Notes under the pieces: model-generated
The model's input: the letters and a program-made list of their open reading frames with translations, nothing else
Database searches by the model: none
What the model was told of the DNA's origin: nothing
In this document: positions 10,540 through 22,590 of the stretch, one piece after another
How the letters are laid out: each line of letters starts with the position of its first letter
Position numbering within the stretch: position 1 is the stretch's first letter
Origin: Vicugna vicugna
Taxonomy: Eukaryota
Direction: 5' to 3'
DNA length: 64,000 nucleotides
Assembly (NCBI GenBank): GCA_013265495.1
Contig: MU058423.1
Coordinates: 2,681,061 to 2,745,060 of the forward strand
Made by a program: the position numbers and the translations under genes

Positions 10540-12021
10540 ATGCAACCCCAGTGTGACCTGCGAGGCCTCTGGCTCCTGCTGCTGTCCTTGTTCCTGCTCC
10601 TCTTTGAGGTGGCCAGAGCTGGCCGTCCCGTGGTTAGCTGTCCTGCCGCCTGTCTATGCGCCAGCAACATCCTCAGCTGCTCCAAGCAGCAGCTGCCCAA
10701 CGTGCCCCACTCCTTGCCCAGCTACACGGCACTACTGGACCTCAGCCACAACAACCTGAGCCGCCTGCGGGCCGAGTGGACCCCCACGCGCTTGACCCAC
10801 CTGCACTCCCTGCTGCTGAGCCACAACCACCTGAATTTCATCTCTTCTGAGGCCTTTTCCCCGGTACCCAACCTGCGCTACCTGGACCTCTCCTCCAACC
10901 AGCTGCGTACGCTGGACGAGTTCCTGTTCAGTGAACTGCAGGCACTGGAGGTGCTGCTGCTCTACAATAACCACATCATGGCAGTGGACCGCTGCGCCTT
11001 CGACGACATGGCCCAGCTGCAGAAACTCTACTTGAGCCAGAACCAGATCTCCCGCTTCCCTCTGGAACTGGTCAAGGAAGGAGCCAAGCTACCCAAACTG
11101 ACACTCCTGGATCTCTCCTCCAACAAGCTAAAGAACTTACCACTGCCCGACCTGCAGAAGCTGCCCGCCTGGATCAAGAATGGGCTGTACCTACACAACA
11201 ACCCCCTGCACTGCGACTGTGAGCTCTACCAGCTCTTTTCCCACTGGCAGTACCGGCAGCTGAGCTCCGTGATGGACTTTCAGGAGGACCTGTACTGCAT
11301 GAGCTCTAAGAAGCTGCACAATGTCTTCAATCTGAGTTTCCTCAATTGCAGCGAGTACAAGGAGCGTGCCTGGGAGGCCCACCTGGGAGAAACCTTGACC
11401 ATCAAGTGTGACACCAAGCAGCAGGGGATGACCAAGGTGTGGGTGACGCCAAATAATAAACGGGTGCTAGATGAGGTGGCCAACAGCACAGTGACAGTGT
11501 CCAAGGATGGCAGTCTTCATTTCCAGAAGGTGCAGGTTGAGGATGGGGGCGTGTATACCTGCTACGCCATGGGGGAGTCTTTCAACGAGACACTGTCTGT
11601 GGAGTTGAAAGTGTACAATTTCACCTTGCACGGACACCACGACACCCTCAACACAGCCTATACTACCCTTGTGGGCTGTATTCTCAGTGTGGTCCTGGTT
11701 CTCATCTACCTGTACCTCACCCCTTGCCGCTGCTGGTGCCGGGGTGTCGAGAAGCCTTCCAGCCATCAAGGAGACAGCCTCAGTTCTTCCATGCTCAGTA
11801 CCACACCCAACCACGATCCTATGGCTGGTGGGGACAAGGATGATGGTTTTGATCGGCGGGTGGCCTTCCTGGAACCTGCTGGACCCGGGCAGGGTCAAAA
11901 TGGCAAGCTCAAACCTGGCAACACCCTGCCAGTGCCTGAGGCGACAGGCAAGGGTCAGCGGAGGATGTCGGACCCAGAATCGGTCAGCTCGGTCTTCTCT
12001 GATACACCCATTGTGGTGTGA
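10540..12021 (+). CDS. AMIGO1: Amphoterin-induced protein 1 (LRR + Ig type I membrane protein); single coding exon, 493 aa
   Basis: ATG at 10540 is in frame within ORF 10363..12021. Protein: signal peptide (MQPQCDLRGLWLLLLSLFLLL), LRRNT (CPAACLC), LxxLxLxxNxL repeats, LRRCT (NPLHCDC), Ig domain, TM segment (LVGCILSVVLVLIYLYL), and the AMIGO-type C-terminus SSVFSDTPIVV. Confidence 0.97.
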   Translation: MQPQCDLRGLWLLLLSLFLLLFEVARAGRPVVSCPAACLCASNILSCSKQQLPNVPHSLPSYTALLDLSHNNLSRLRAEWTPTRLTHLHSLLLSHNHLNFISSEAFSPVPNLRYLDLSSNQLRTLDEFLFSELQALEVLLLYNNHIMAVDRCAFDDMAQLQKLYLSQNQISRFPLELVKEGAKLPKLTLLDLSSNKLKNLPLPDLQKLPAWIKNGLYLHNNPLHCDCELYQLFSHWQYRQLSSVMDFQEDLYCMSSKKLHNVFNLSFLNCSEYKERAWEAHLGETLTIKCDTKQQGMTKVWVTPNNKRVLDEVANSTVTVSKDGSLHFQKVQVEDGGVYTCYAMGESFNETLSVELKVYNFTLHGHHDTLNTAYTTLVGCILSVVLVLIYLYLTPCRCWCRGVEKPSSHQGDSLSSSMLSTTPNHDPMAGGDKDDGFDRRVAFLEPAGPGQGQNGKLKPGNTLPVPEATGKGQRRMSDPESVSSVFSDTPIVV

Positions 12022-15000
12022 GCAGGATGGGTTGGTGGGGAGATTCTGCCCCAGGAGAGGTAATGCACCCCTGAAGGATATGAGGGGATGGAAGAGAGGG
12101 CTGCCTGCCCAAGGGAGTGTGTTCCCCCCGACCTCAAGGGAATTGGTCAAGGGTACAGCAGGCAAGACCCGAAACGGGGTGTGGCTGCCACGATTTTCAA
12201 ATATGGATATATTAATCCTCAGGCAAATGCTACGCCCCTACCCAGAGCCTTGACAGTTCTCAATGTGGTGGAGGAAGAGGAGTGTGTCTGAGTTGGTGGC
12301 AATAAGGAAGGAGTAGGGGGAAGAGCAGATTCCCTAAGCTTTTTTGAGGTCATCTCTAGCTCCTTAAGAGAAAATCATTTAGGAAAAAAAATCATTTTTT
12401 TCTGTCTCTGCCCACCCACACCGGTGATGTTGTGTGTGCTGGGGGAGCTTCCAATGGAGCCACATTGAGGAAAAGCTGTATTATCCTCTTTAGCCAGGAA
12501 GTCACACTTCACAGCTGGGGAAATTGGAAACCTTTTGGAAAATGATTCAGGAGAAGGCTGAGACCTCAATCAATAACACTCCCCAAAGCTGTTGTGAGAC
12601 TTCTCACTAATGCCCTCCTCTTTCCTGATGAGCCCTGGGTGGATGGATCTTTGCAGGAGCCTGGCCTGTTGCCTGTCAGATATGGCAGTGATGTGACATG
12701 TGGTATCTGTGTCTTATCCTGAGACCAGTGGTACAGAGGGATACAGCATGAACCGAAGGGTCCATGTCACAGCATATCAGATGCCAGCACAAAACTGGTA
12801 GATGAGGGATAAACTCCAGATTGCCTGGTGGAGGAATCAGTTCCCTCCCTGGTTGGTGAAACCCTGGGTTCGCATTTGATTCCCAGCACCTGTGTGTCGG
12901 ACCAGGGTGGGCGGTGCTGAAAGCAGAGCGTCTATGGATGCGTGCCACCGACGTGGGATGGGGGCCACTTCGCACTAGGGGGAGGAGGGTAGATCAGCCT
13001 CTATTTTGTAGCATCCAGCTGGACCTACCTGATTTTCTGTGTATGCTGTCCCTTCATTCAGTCTCCTGATCAAGCTTAGATGGGATTCTGAGTTTTCCCT
13101 AATATGCTGCTCTGTAAAGGATGGAGTCCTGGAAAGTCTGGCCCCAGCTGGGTTAGACTGGGCTTGGGGATGGAGGGGACTGGGTATCTCCTCTATGTTG
13201 ACAAAGCCACCTTGCTCCTCTCTTAGCGATCTCACCCCTGCTGCAAACCCAAAGCATGGGGTTTCTTCATCCGAGGAGTTGGGATTGGGTGGTGTCTGCC
13301 TCAGAAGAATGGCAGTTTGGAGAGTGGCTTAGAGTTCTGCCCTCTCCACAGGGTTCCAGACAGTCTTGTAACAGAGACAGTCAGTGGCACTAAACTTTCC
13401 TTAAGTTCTACCACCCCCATCTCTCTCAGCCAGAGGTCTGTGCTGTTGTGGTGGTCAGGCCAGAGGAACTTAAGAACAGACCCAACATTCCATTCCATCC
13501 AAGGTTGCAGAGTACTTTGGATGTAGAGATGACTGCTCCCTTTGACCCTACGGCAGGCCCTAGGTTGCTCTGAGCTTTGGGAAGGGGACGAGCAGGGGAA
13601 AGGTAAAAAATGTTCTCTGAATATAGTCTTTTTCAGTCTCTACCCTCTCTCCCACCAAGCTCCCTGTCCATTGAAAGTTCTGCAGATCTTCTAGTTTTCT
13701 GATCTGCTCTTTAGGTTCCAAGAAATGTCATTTACCTGCAGATGAGGGCTTCTTGCTAGGAGGGCCTAACTCCTGCTGCCTATTAAGATTCAGGGAGGAG
13801 ACTGGAACGCAACATCTTCCCGTTGTCTGTTCCTGGGATGTCAAGACTGCTGTCCATCCTTCTATTAGTAACGTAGTTTTGTCGAGAGAGGTGCAGCATT
13901 TCCCTCAAGTACTTGCATGCTCATAGGGATGCATGCTTATAGGTGTGCATGCACACTAGCACCTTGATTTCCATCAGGACAGTGATTCTTCAGTCCCCAC
14001 TAATGTCCACTTCCGGAATGGTTTCCACCTGTGTGCACAACTTCATGCACATGATTTTCTTGCCCTCTAGGAGAGACAGTGACCATGCCAGGCTCCACAC
14101 ATACAAACTCTATTACTTTTAATTTCTGAACTGCCTGAAGCTTCCCCTACATCTCCATGGCACTGAATAACTTCTCCACAAAGGCTGGAGTTTGGAGAAC
14201 CACAGGTTGAAGACCTTGGGAGGAGTGTTGGTGAGGAGCTAACTGCTTCTTCCGGCTCCTCAGAAACCTTCCTTGGATTAAAGAGGATATATATGAGAAA
14301 TAAATGTAGAACTCAGTCAGTGATGGACCCAGAAGAAAACTGGCAGGGGACCCAGCAGCTGTAAGCTGCTCCTCCTATGTTAACTGCCCTGGTAAGACAG
14401 GGGCAGGAGGGAAAAGTTGTCTGGTTATATTCCAGGGACTTCTGAAGATTCTGATACTGAAGCTGTAGGAGCCAGGACTTCCTCCTCAGATTTATGAGGG
14501 AACCAGGGAAACTCTCACCTCCATGCTGTATCTTCCCCTCTAGGCACCATCTAGGGCCATGAAAATCTTTAAAGTGAATGTCAAATGAAGTAGGTCTTTT
14601 GGAGCATTCTAGCCAAGTTCCTGAGGCCTAGGAAGGCCATTTTCTTCACAAGTCCTACCCAGTTTAGGGTATAATAAAAGGCCCCGAGGCTCTGAATCTC
14701 CCTACTGAATCCACTAGGTTGGCCAGTATCTACCAGTTTAAGACCGGTAATGTGCCTGGCTGCCCCACCAAGAGATTGAACTGCTTAGCCTCTTCTGGTG
14801 GTTTTAGCTGATAGAATCCAAAGGTAGCTTCTTACTTGGACTGGGCACTCAGCATATATAAGCTCACTAGAACCCTGTGTAGGAAACTGCCAGGTCTGGT
14901 TATAAGAAAAGGTTGAGAGATCACCCCCACCCCCATGAACCAGATAAGTCTCCCGGGAAGCAGGTGTCCCTGGAGACAGAGTATGACAGGGCTCTACAAT

Positions 15001-15265
15001 CTGTCTGTGTGGTTATTTGTGATCTTTTTTCTTTGCCTGTGTTTATGAGCTCCTAGGAAGGAGCCAGGCGAGGGTATACCCCAGCTGGGAAGAGAAAAGC
15101 CAACGGATTCCAGTTTTCTGTGCGTTCTTACCTCTGTACTTCCTTGTAGCCCTGCTGGCGAAGCAAGCAGGCCTCCCCCCTGTCCAGGACCCTAGTCCTC
15201 CTACTTGTGTACTCCCAGGCTGGCAATCCTTGGAGCCCCTAGGCTCTGAAAACTAGACAATGATC

Positions 15266-15271
15266 ATTAAA
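15266..15271 (+). terminator. AMIGO1: Candidate AMIGO1 polyadenylation signal (ATTAAA)
   Basis: ATTAAA followed by GT/T-rich sequence, just before the MER58 element. Alternative AATAAA hexamers lie at 14299 and 14673. Confidence 0.5.
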
Positions 15272-15440
15272 CCTGGCTTGAGTCTCTGTTCTGGCATAGT
15301 CTGTGACTGGTTTATTCATCTTTTCAGCCTGTGGGTGGGGTTCACTATACCTCAGAAAGGTGTGGCCTATCTAGGGAAAGAATATTTAAATGCTGTTCCA
15401 AGGGCACAGGTAGAATCCACATCTAGGCATTAAGATGGAG

Positions 15441-15757
15441 CAGGGGTCAGCCAACTTTTTCGGTGAAGAGCCAGACAGGATACACGCTGGACTTTGCAGC
15501 CCTTATGGTCTCTGTTACAACTGCTCAGCTGCTCCGTTGTGGCAGGAAGGCAGCCACAGACGGTACACAAATGAACGACTGTGGCTCTGTTTGATAAAAC
15601 TTTATTTATGGACGTTGAAATGTGATTTTCATATAATTGTAACATGTATTTTGAGTTTTTTCAACCGTTAAAAATGCAGAAACTCTTATTAGCTCAGGAC
15701 CACACAAACCCAGCCAGTGGGCTGGTTTTGGCCAGGAGACCATAGTTTGCCAACCTG
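15441..15757. mobile_element. MER58-type hAT DNA transposon
   Basis: Terminal inverted repeats CAGGGGTCAGCCAACT and AGTTTGCCAACCTG; internal ATAAAACTTTATTTATGGAC. Confidence 0.75.
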
Positions 15758-16325
15758 ATAGATATTCTCAAAAGAAATGTCACTGATGCTTTAGCAGGAG
15801 AGAGTAGAAATTCCATGACTTGGGGCTAGAGCCTATAGATAATGAAGGCTTTCTGGATCCCTGGGGAGGAGGGTTGCCTCACTGCAGAGTTCTCTTAAAA
15901 GTCTGGATCGAGCCTACTAACTGGACTATGGAAAAATGCTTGGACTGGGTTAAAAGGAAATGATGGAGAGCAGCTCACTTTCACAGGATTTTGATTATTA
16001 CCAGTATATGTTCCTGTTGTGAATGGCAACCATTTTAGTTTGGCTTAAAGTATATTAATGTAATGGACAGATTAATATTCACTGACAGTGTAATGTGTCC
16101 TAGGCATTGCATAGAACAGAGAAATGCAGTCCCCACTTTCTTGGCACAGAGATAGCCTACCAGAAATTGGACTGGATTCTTCTAAACTCTGAACGTGTAA
16201 TTGCTTTCGCTACTCTCTTGGTACTGTGGGAAAGGAATTGTCACGGATTCCAAAAGGGGAGAGGAAGTAGTCTAAGGAAAAAACGAAATTAAAAGGATCA
16301 GAATTTGAATAATTACCTAATTTCT

Positions 16326-16331
16326 TTTATT
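16326..16331 (-). terminator. CYB561D1: Candidate distal CYB561D1 polyadenylation signal; proximal candidates at 18753-18758 and 18842-18847
   Basis: AATAAA hexamers on the minus strand downstream of the CYB561D1 stop. Usage is not demonstrated. Confidence 0.35.
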
Positions 16332-18144
16332 GATAAAATCTTGACCAAAGGGCAGACCTCCTGTGTCTGGAAAGTTGTCTTTTTCTTTTCGTGAGGAACA
16401 ACCAAAGTGGTGAGGGATGGAGAACCCCCCACCCAGCCAGCCACATCAGACAAATCAACCTTGGCAGTCAATGAAATGACAGATGTTGATGCTAGAGTGC
16501 CCTCAGAATTGACGTTTATGTAGCATTTTTTAATCTTTTCAAAGCAGATTTTGCTGTGGCTAAATTTAGCCAAGAGGATGAGCTGGTAGAGTCTGGGGAA
16601 GACTGGTGAGAGTTCACCCCTCTGTGTTGATTTGTGCCAAGCCTTCCCTGAGCCTGAAGAGTTTTGATACTCCTTTCTCCATCATTCCGAGGAATCCATG
16701 GCTGCATCTCTTCAACCCTCCCTTTCTGCCTCCCACTACAAGAAGTTCCCTAGATTCTGGCCAAATGTGCAATTTTCTCTGTCTTATCTTGCAGCTCTTC
16801 CCCTAGCTCCTCTTAGGTGGCACTGTGGGAGAAGGGAGGAAGTTAATATGACAGTTACCTCTTAGAACAGAAGAATTAAATGGATTGGCCAGCCCTGTCT
16901 CTCTTCCACCTGATCTCTCAACTTTCCTTTTCTGCAGTTGTAGCTCTGGTACCCCTAATCTTGTCTCCCAGGAAACCACTGGTGAAGCTTCATTTCCCCC
17001 GCCTACACTGCAGAAAAGGCTCAGGCCCATGTAGTAGTATGGTTGGCTTTTCTGGTCTGGCTACAGTGAGCCTGTGCTGGATGCTTCCTCTCCCAGGACT
17101 TGAGAGAGGAAAGCTAAAGCAGCTGCCACGTTAAGCCCCTTCATCAGGCTTACACATTGTTGTGTAGAAAATATCAAGTGGTAAAGATACTTAGACCTGC
17201 CCTGAGGCCTTCCAGTTGACATCAGCCTGGTTACAGTCCCAGAATCACAGAGGACTTGGAGAGAACCAGCCTTCAGGACATGGAGCCCTGAAGGGACTTC
17301 CAGGTGCCCTACAGCACTGGCATACATAAGGTGAGAGTCACTGAACCCAGCGTTGGGGGTGGGGGTTGTACGCATGCGTGCACACAAACATGCACATAGT
17401 TTGGGGAGCGCTGTAGCTGGACAGAACTTTGTGCTGCTTTCCTTCGCCTCCCACTGCTCCTTCACTTGGCCATAGTTTGCTTTAGGTGTGGGTCTAAGCA
17501 GAAAGGCCTAGCCTAGTCCTGGGCACCCTTAGAAAGCACTATGAGATAACTGGAAATCTGCTTTAAAGAGGCGGGGTGTTGGGGACCCCGCATGTATACT
17601 CGGTGAGGCAGAGTTGAATCCTCTGGCAGCGGAGAATGGCCTGAAGTAGCAACTTAATCTGCTTTCAACAGAGGTTTAAAAAATCACCAGGGAAATTCTG
17701 ATAATAGCAGGTAGATTAAAAACTGGGACTTATTCCTCACACATTGGTAACTAAATCAAGCCTTCTGAGTGGGCGGCGGGTAGGGAGAAGGTCATCTTAC
17801 TGGAGGGAATCTGTGTCTGCTTTAAGCTTACCCCAGTGCTGGGGACGGTCTACGTCAGACCTCCATCCAGGGCAGCTCTGGGGCACTATCCTGCCTTTCA
17901 GCTACGTCTTCTCTGTGTCTATGCTGACGACAGTTGCCGAGGCTGTGACCACAATGCCTGATTAGTGTTTCATTCCTGGATCCCAGGACGAAAAAAAAAG
18001 ATTAAAAAACATACGGAAGCCCCTGCGCTGCTGTGGTGCCTGCCTCTATGCCCACTACAGGCGGACTGCTGGCTGTTCTCAGACCAGTGGAATGGAAAAT
18101 ATCCTCCGAATTTAAACATAACTGCTTTCATGGCATGCACCACA

Positions 18145-18172
18145 TGTGCGTGTGCGTGTGCGTGTGCGTGTG
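18145..18172. repeat. (TGTGCG)n alternating purine-pyrimidine repeat
   Basis: TGTGCGTGTGCGTGTGCGTGTGCGTGTG. Confidence 0.85.
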
Positions 18173-21100
18173 TTTTAATCCCAGTGAAGTCCTTTGAGGA
18201 GGAAAGGTCTGTGATCCTACTCCAAGAGCCTGAAACAAGGAAGGAGAAACAAACCTGTGAACGAGCCAGGGGCGGTGTCTCACAGCTCTGCATCTCCACC
18301 CAGTGCCTGGGTGAGGGCCTGACGCAGCCTGTGGCTACAGGGGAAACTGGGGGGGGGGGTCGGTGTGGCAGGGTTGTCATGTCCATTGCTGTTGCTCCTG
18401 CCTTCCTGGCTTGTCTGCTCCACTTTTCCCTCAGAAGAGCAGAATTAGGTAGGAGGAACTGAGATCTGTAGCCAGGAGCTCCAGGCTAAGACCAGCTCCA
18501 GGAACTTGAGGCTGGACTAGGGGGATAATTACAGACTCCCAGATTTTGCAGTCAGCTCCATGGCTTGAAAACACCAGCTGACAGCACTTGGAGCAAGCCT
18601 CACGAGAGTCACAGCCTCAGTGGCATTCCTGACAGGAGTGGGGGAGAGCTGACCTTGTGTCGAGGAGGGAATGTGTCTGTGTTCTCTGATGATGGCTGGC
18701 AACACAATCTCTCTGAGACTTGGGTTCCGTAAGCATCATTATCCATTAACCTTTTATTGCCTCCCTAAAAGAAGCGTAAAACCCAGAGCCAGGCTGAGCG
18801 AGAAAGAGATAAGGACAAGAATATCATACCACCTGTTTACATTTATTCAATGCTTTGAACTTTCCAGTGCCTGTTAACATGCATTCTGTCACTGAGCGCT
18901 CACAACACCCCTATGAGGTAGGTCAGGCAGTCAGTGATTTGCCTGTAGCCAAGCCAGTGTTAGGGGCTGAGTAAACCCAGCCTGGAGGTTTCCTAGCTCC
19001 CAGGACGCACTTTCCACTTCATGATACACAGGCCCTTTATGTCAACCAGACAACCAGACATAGGACAGCAGGAGCACTAAACCAGATGTTTCTCTGCTCC
19101 CTAAGCCTGCAGAGGGCCACCAGAAGTGTGGGGGCAGGGCGGGGAGTCAGGACCAAGGGTGTCCTCTGGAGGCCAAGACAGGTCAACAGAAGGAAGGGCA
19201 GGAGGACTAGAAGTTCAAGGTCAACAGCCACCATGGCCACTACCAGTGTCAATGGAACTTACACTGTGTGCTCTACATCTTGACCTTCGTCAGGTAAAAA
19301 GGGCCCACTCCCAGCGAAAGGATGCCTCAAGGCTTGGCTGAGAGGTGCAACTCCTGACCCCTCCCCCTGTCTGCAGCCCCCGAAGAAGGGGAAGGTGAGG
19401 GCTGGCTGACTCAGCCTGCAAGTGCTTAGAGATCTGGAGCTGAAAGGCCTCAGCACTATTCAGCTAATGATTATTATTAACTCTGAACAGGCCTTGGCAT
19501 AGCAGCCAGCTGGCTCAGGGAGAATGCCTGGATCTCCCACAGAGAGGTTTTAAAAACAAGATCCATAGCAGCCATGCACGGGGGTAGAAGGGTGGGGACA
19601 ATGAGAAAGAAGGGACTGGCCAGGGTCAAGGAGTGGGGAGGGGTAGTCTGTCCTCTAAGAGGGTGGGGAGAAAGGAGTCACGGGCTGGCAAGAACAGCAG
19701 CCTACCTCTGATGCCGCTGAAGCCGCCAAGAAGGTGAGGCTGGAAGACTTCCCCAGACACAGCTCCTGCCATTCAACACCACCCCCGGCCAGGGAGGTGG
19801 GGCCGCGGGAAGGGGTGGCTGTGGGAAACATGCGGGCCTGGGGGTGGTATCTGAACCCAGAATGGTAATCCCATTACCATTTCGATTTGGATACAAAACC
19901 ATCTATGTTTCTAATGTCCTCAAGGTTGAGTTTGAACGTAATCATATTTGGAATCAGGACTTAGTGAGCCTGATATGCAAATTTGTACAAATGACTCAAA
20001 ATTTTTAAAAACTTGAGCACCCTGGCTTTTTTTTTTTTTTAAAGGTAAAACAGGCTGACTACTAGCAGCTTTCCCTAGCTAGGGGAGAAGGGCAAAAGGG
20101 CAGCCATTTGCTTCTCCCCCAGGGCCTCTGCCTCACTGCTGAGGAGCCCAGCTAATATCCCAGTTGGGGAGACACAGGGAGGTGGAGCGGGGGTGTAGAT
20201 GGAGGGTGCAGAGGGGAGGAAACTGCATATGCAGCCGGCAGCCAATTAGGTCCCAGCTGGAGGAAGAATGCCCTGGCACTGAGGACTAACAGTTGTCCAG
20301 CTGCTGCCCCAGGATGTGAGGGCAGGTGGTGATGGAAGGAGAAAGGCAAAGAGGGGAAGGAGGGGGAGTCCCCCCACAGTCTGGCCATCTGGGAAGAAGG
20401 GCTCCTCCTGGTGACCTCCTCCCTATACTGCAATCAGACTGGCTAAGCCAGAGGAGGCCACCTGTGCCCTCCTCTCTGCCCTGTGCCCCTGCCCCCCAGG
20501 CCTACTGGTCAGAGAGGTGACAGCTGGGGCTCCTTCCTCCTGCAGAATATAAATGACTTCCCCTTCCTCCCAGGGCTGGGAATAGACATCAGCTGGCACT
20601 GCCCACGCAAACTGCCGGCTGTCAGCCCGCCTGCCTGCCCGCCCATCAGCCCCCGCACCACCTGGGAGGAGGCAACACCTCAGGCAGGCTCAGGCTTTAT
20701 GGCATTGCCTGCTTGGCTCCCAGAGCAAGCTGGTGAACCTCACCTGGCCTTCTCACCCTGCTGTAGACAGAGTGAGACTCCCAGCACTGGCTGTGATGTG
20801 CAAGAGGTGACCAAAGTGACCCTAGGTGAGAATCTTTTCCACACAGCCCCAGTAACCAGCTCTCCCAATTCAGACCACACTGGGGAGTTGGAGAGGAGAA
20901 AGGGCAATGAGAGACAGGAACAACCCCCCTCTGCAAAGCAGGGACCCCCTTTAGATGCTCAGGATCTGGAGAGCTCCTAAGAGATGCCATCTAACCCAGG
21001 AGGAGCCTAGTGAGGTCGGCTCAGAGGACACCTGCCCTTGCAGTTTTCATTCCTGTACTGTTGAATCCTACCAACCTCCTTGTTTCTGAGTGGAAGTCTC

Positions 21101-22590
21101 GAATCTTCAAAAGACCTAGGCTTTCCAATATATTCCCATCTAGGAACAGCTCCCTCTACTCCCAGGACCTAGAGCTCCAGGCCCTACACCCTAGGCCTCC
21201 CAGAGTTCCCACTGAGTTCTTTCTACCCACCTCAATACCAGCTTTCCTGGCTCCACCATTTTTAGTCCTTGCCATGATCTATGGGAGTCCCATCTCCCCG
21301 ACTGAGCCAGACAGCAGTTATCCAGTCTGGCATCCATCCCTGACCATTGAGAGCAGTCTGAGGACCTACTTTCAGTTTGGAACAAGGAGGGGGTCTCTGC
21401 AGGGAAGAGGTTCCAGCCTTCATTTGCCACCTGGCACCAAATTCAGCCCCTTCGTGGGCCAAAAAGCTGGCTAGAGACAACAACTGAGGAAAGCTTAGCT
21501 GACAAGGGAAGAAGGGGAACCAGGGAGACTTTGTCTTCCCTAGATCAGAAGGGCCCTGCCCCACATCCTTGGCTCTTATTTTGTTCTAAATGCTTCAGAA
21601 CAGCTCCACAAAGCTATGTGCTAAGGTAAGAACCTAAGCCCTAAGAAGGACAAAACATGAGATGCTCTACCACTGCAAATGGATGTCAGGGGAAGAAGCA
21701 CACCCGTGTCCTGCAGCCTCAAGCCCAGATCCTGGGGTGAGCGGAAGGAAGTTCTTAGCTGGGCCAAGAAGCCCAGCCAGGAGCCATAGGCTTAGCTAAG
21801 CCCTTCTGCTCCTCTAAAATCTTTAAAGTGACTTTAGTGCCTTTACTGTCTTGGAGTTCTGGAGACCCTCACCTGGGCCCCTTGTCTCCATTGCACCTGA
21901 CCCCTTGTGCTCTGGTCCAGAGGCCAAATAAACACAGATTCCTGAAAGGCCACGAGAGCAGACTTGTCCCTCGAGAGGGGTAAGGGAATGGTGAATGTAA
22001 GAATTAACATTCCAAGTCTGCTGAGTGGTCCTGAGCTGGGAGGGTAGTCTGTGACATCAACTTGACAGACACCGAATGTTAGAGATTGTAAAGAAACAAT
22101 CACTCATTACACAGATGAGGAAACTGAGGTCCTGAGACATGTGACTTGCATAAAGTGATACAGTAGAGTCTACAAGGACCATACCCCATAAACGAGACCT
22201 ATGGGCTCTCTCCACTACACCGCTTTCTCAAAGTGACCCAAAGAGCCATGTCTGCCATTCATAAGTTACAGGAACTCAACTTTTCATCAGGTATGCAGGC
22301 AAGAAGTGGCTGCCAACACCATCACCAGCCCCCCCAACACTTCTGTCACCCATCAAGAGTGGAGGCTTCAGGATCAAGCTCCCCATCACCTTCCACTTGC
22401 GCCCAGTACATTTCCCCACTTTGGCCCATTGAGTTATCTGTCAACAATAGCAGTTTGGGTTTCTGCAGCCCCTGGCCCAGCTAAGAAGTACAAAAACCCT
22501 ACCACTTCTGAAGTGGATCCTTGAAAGTCACCAAAGGAACCACTGAAGTCCAAGTCAAATGTCCCATTTAGATTCAGAGTTCGGAGGAAC

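Noticed and set aside
11467..12165. 232-aa antisense ORF over AMIGO1
   Set aside because: Shadow ORF of a GC3-rich coding sequence with no homology signal.
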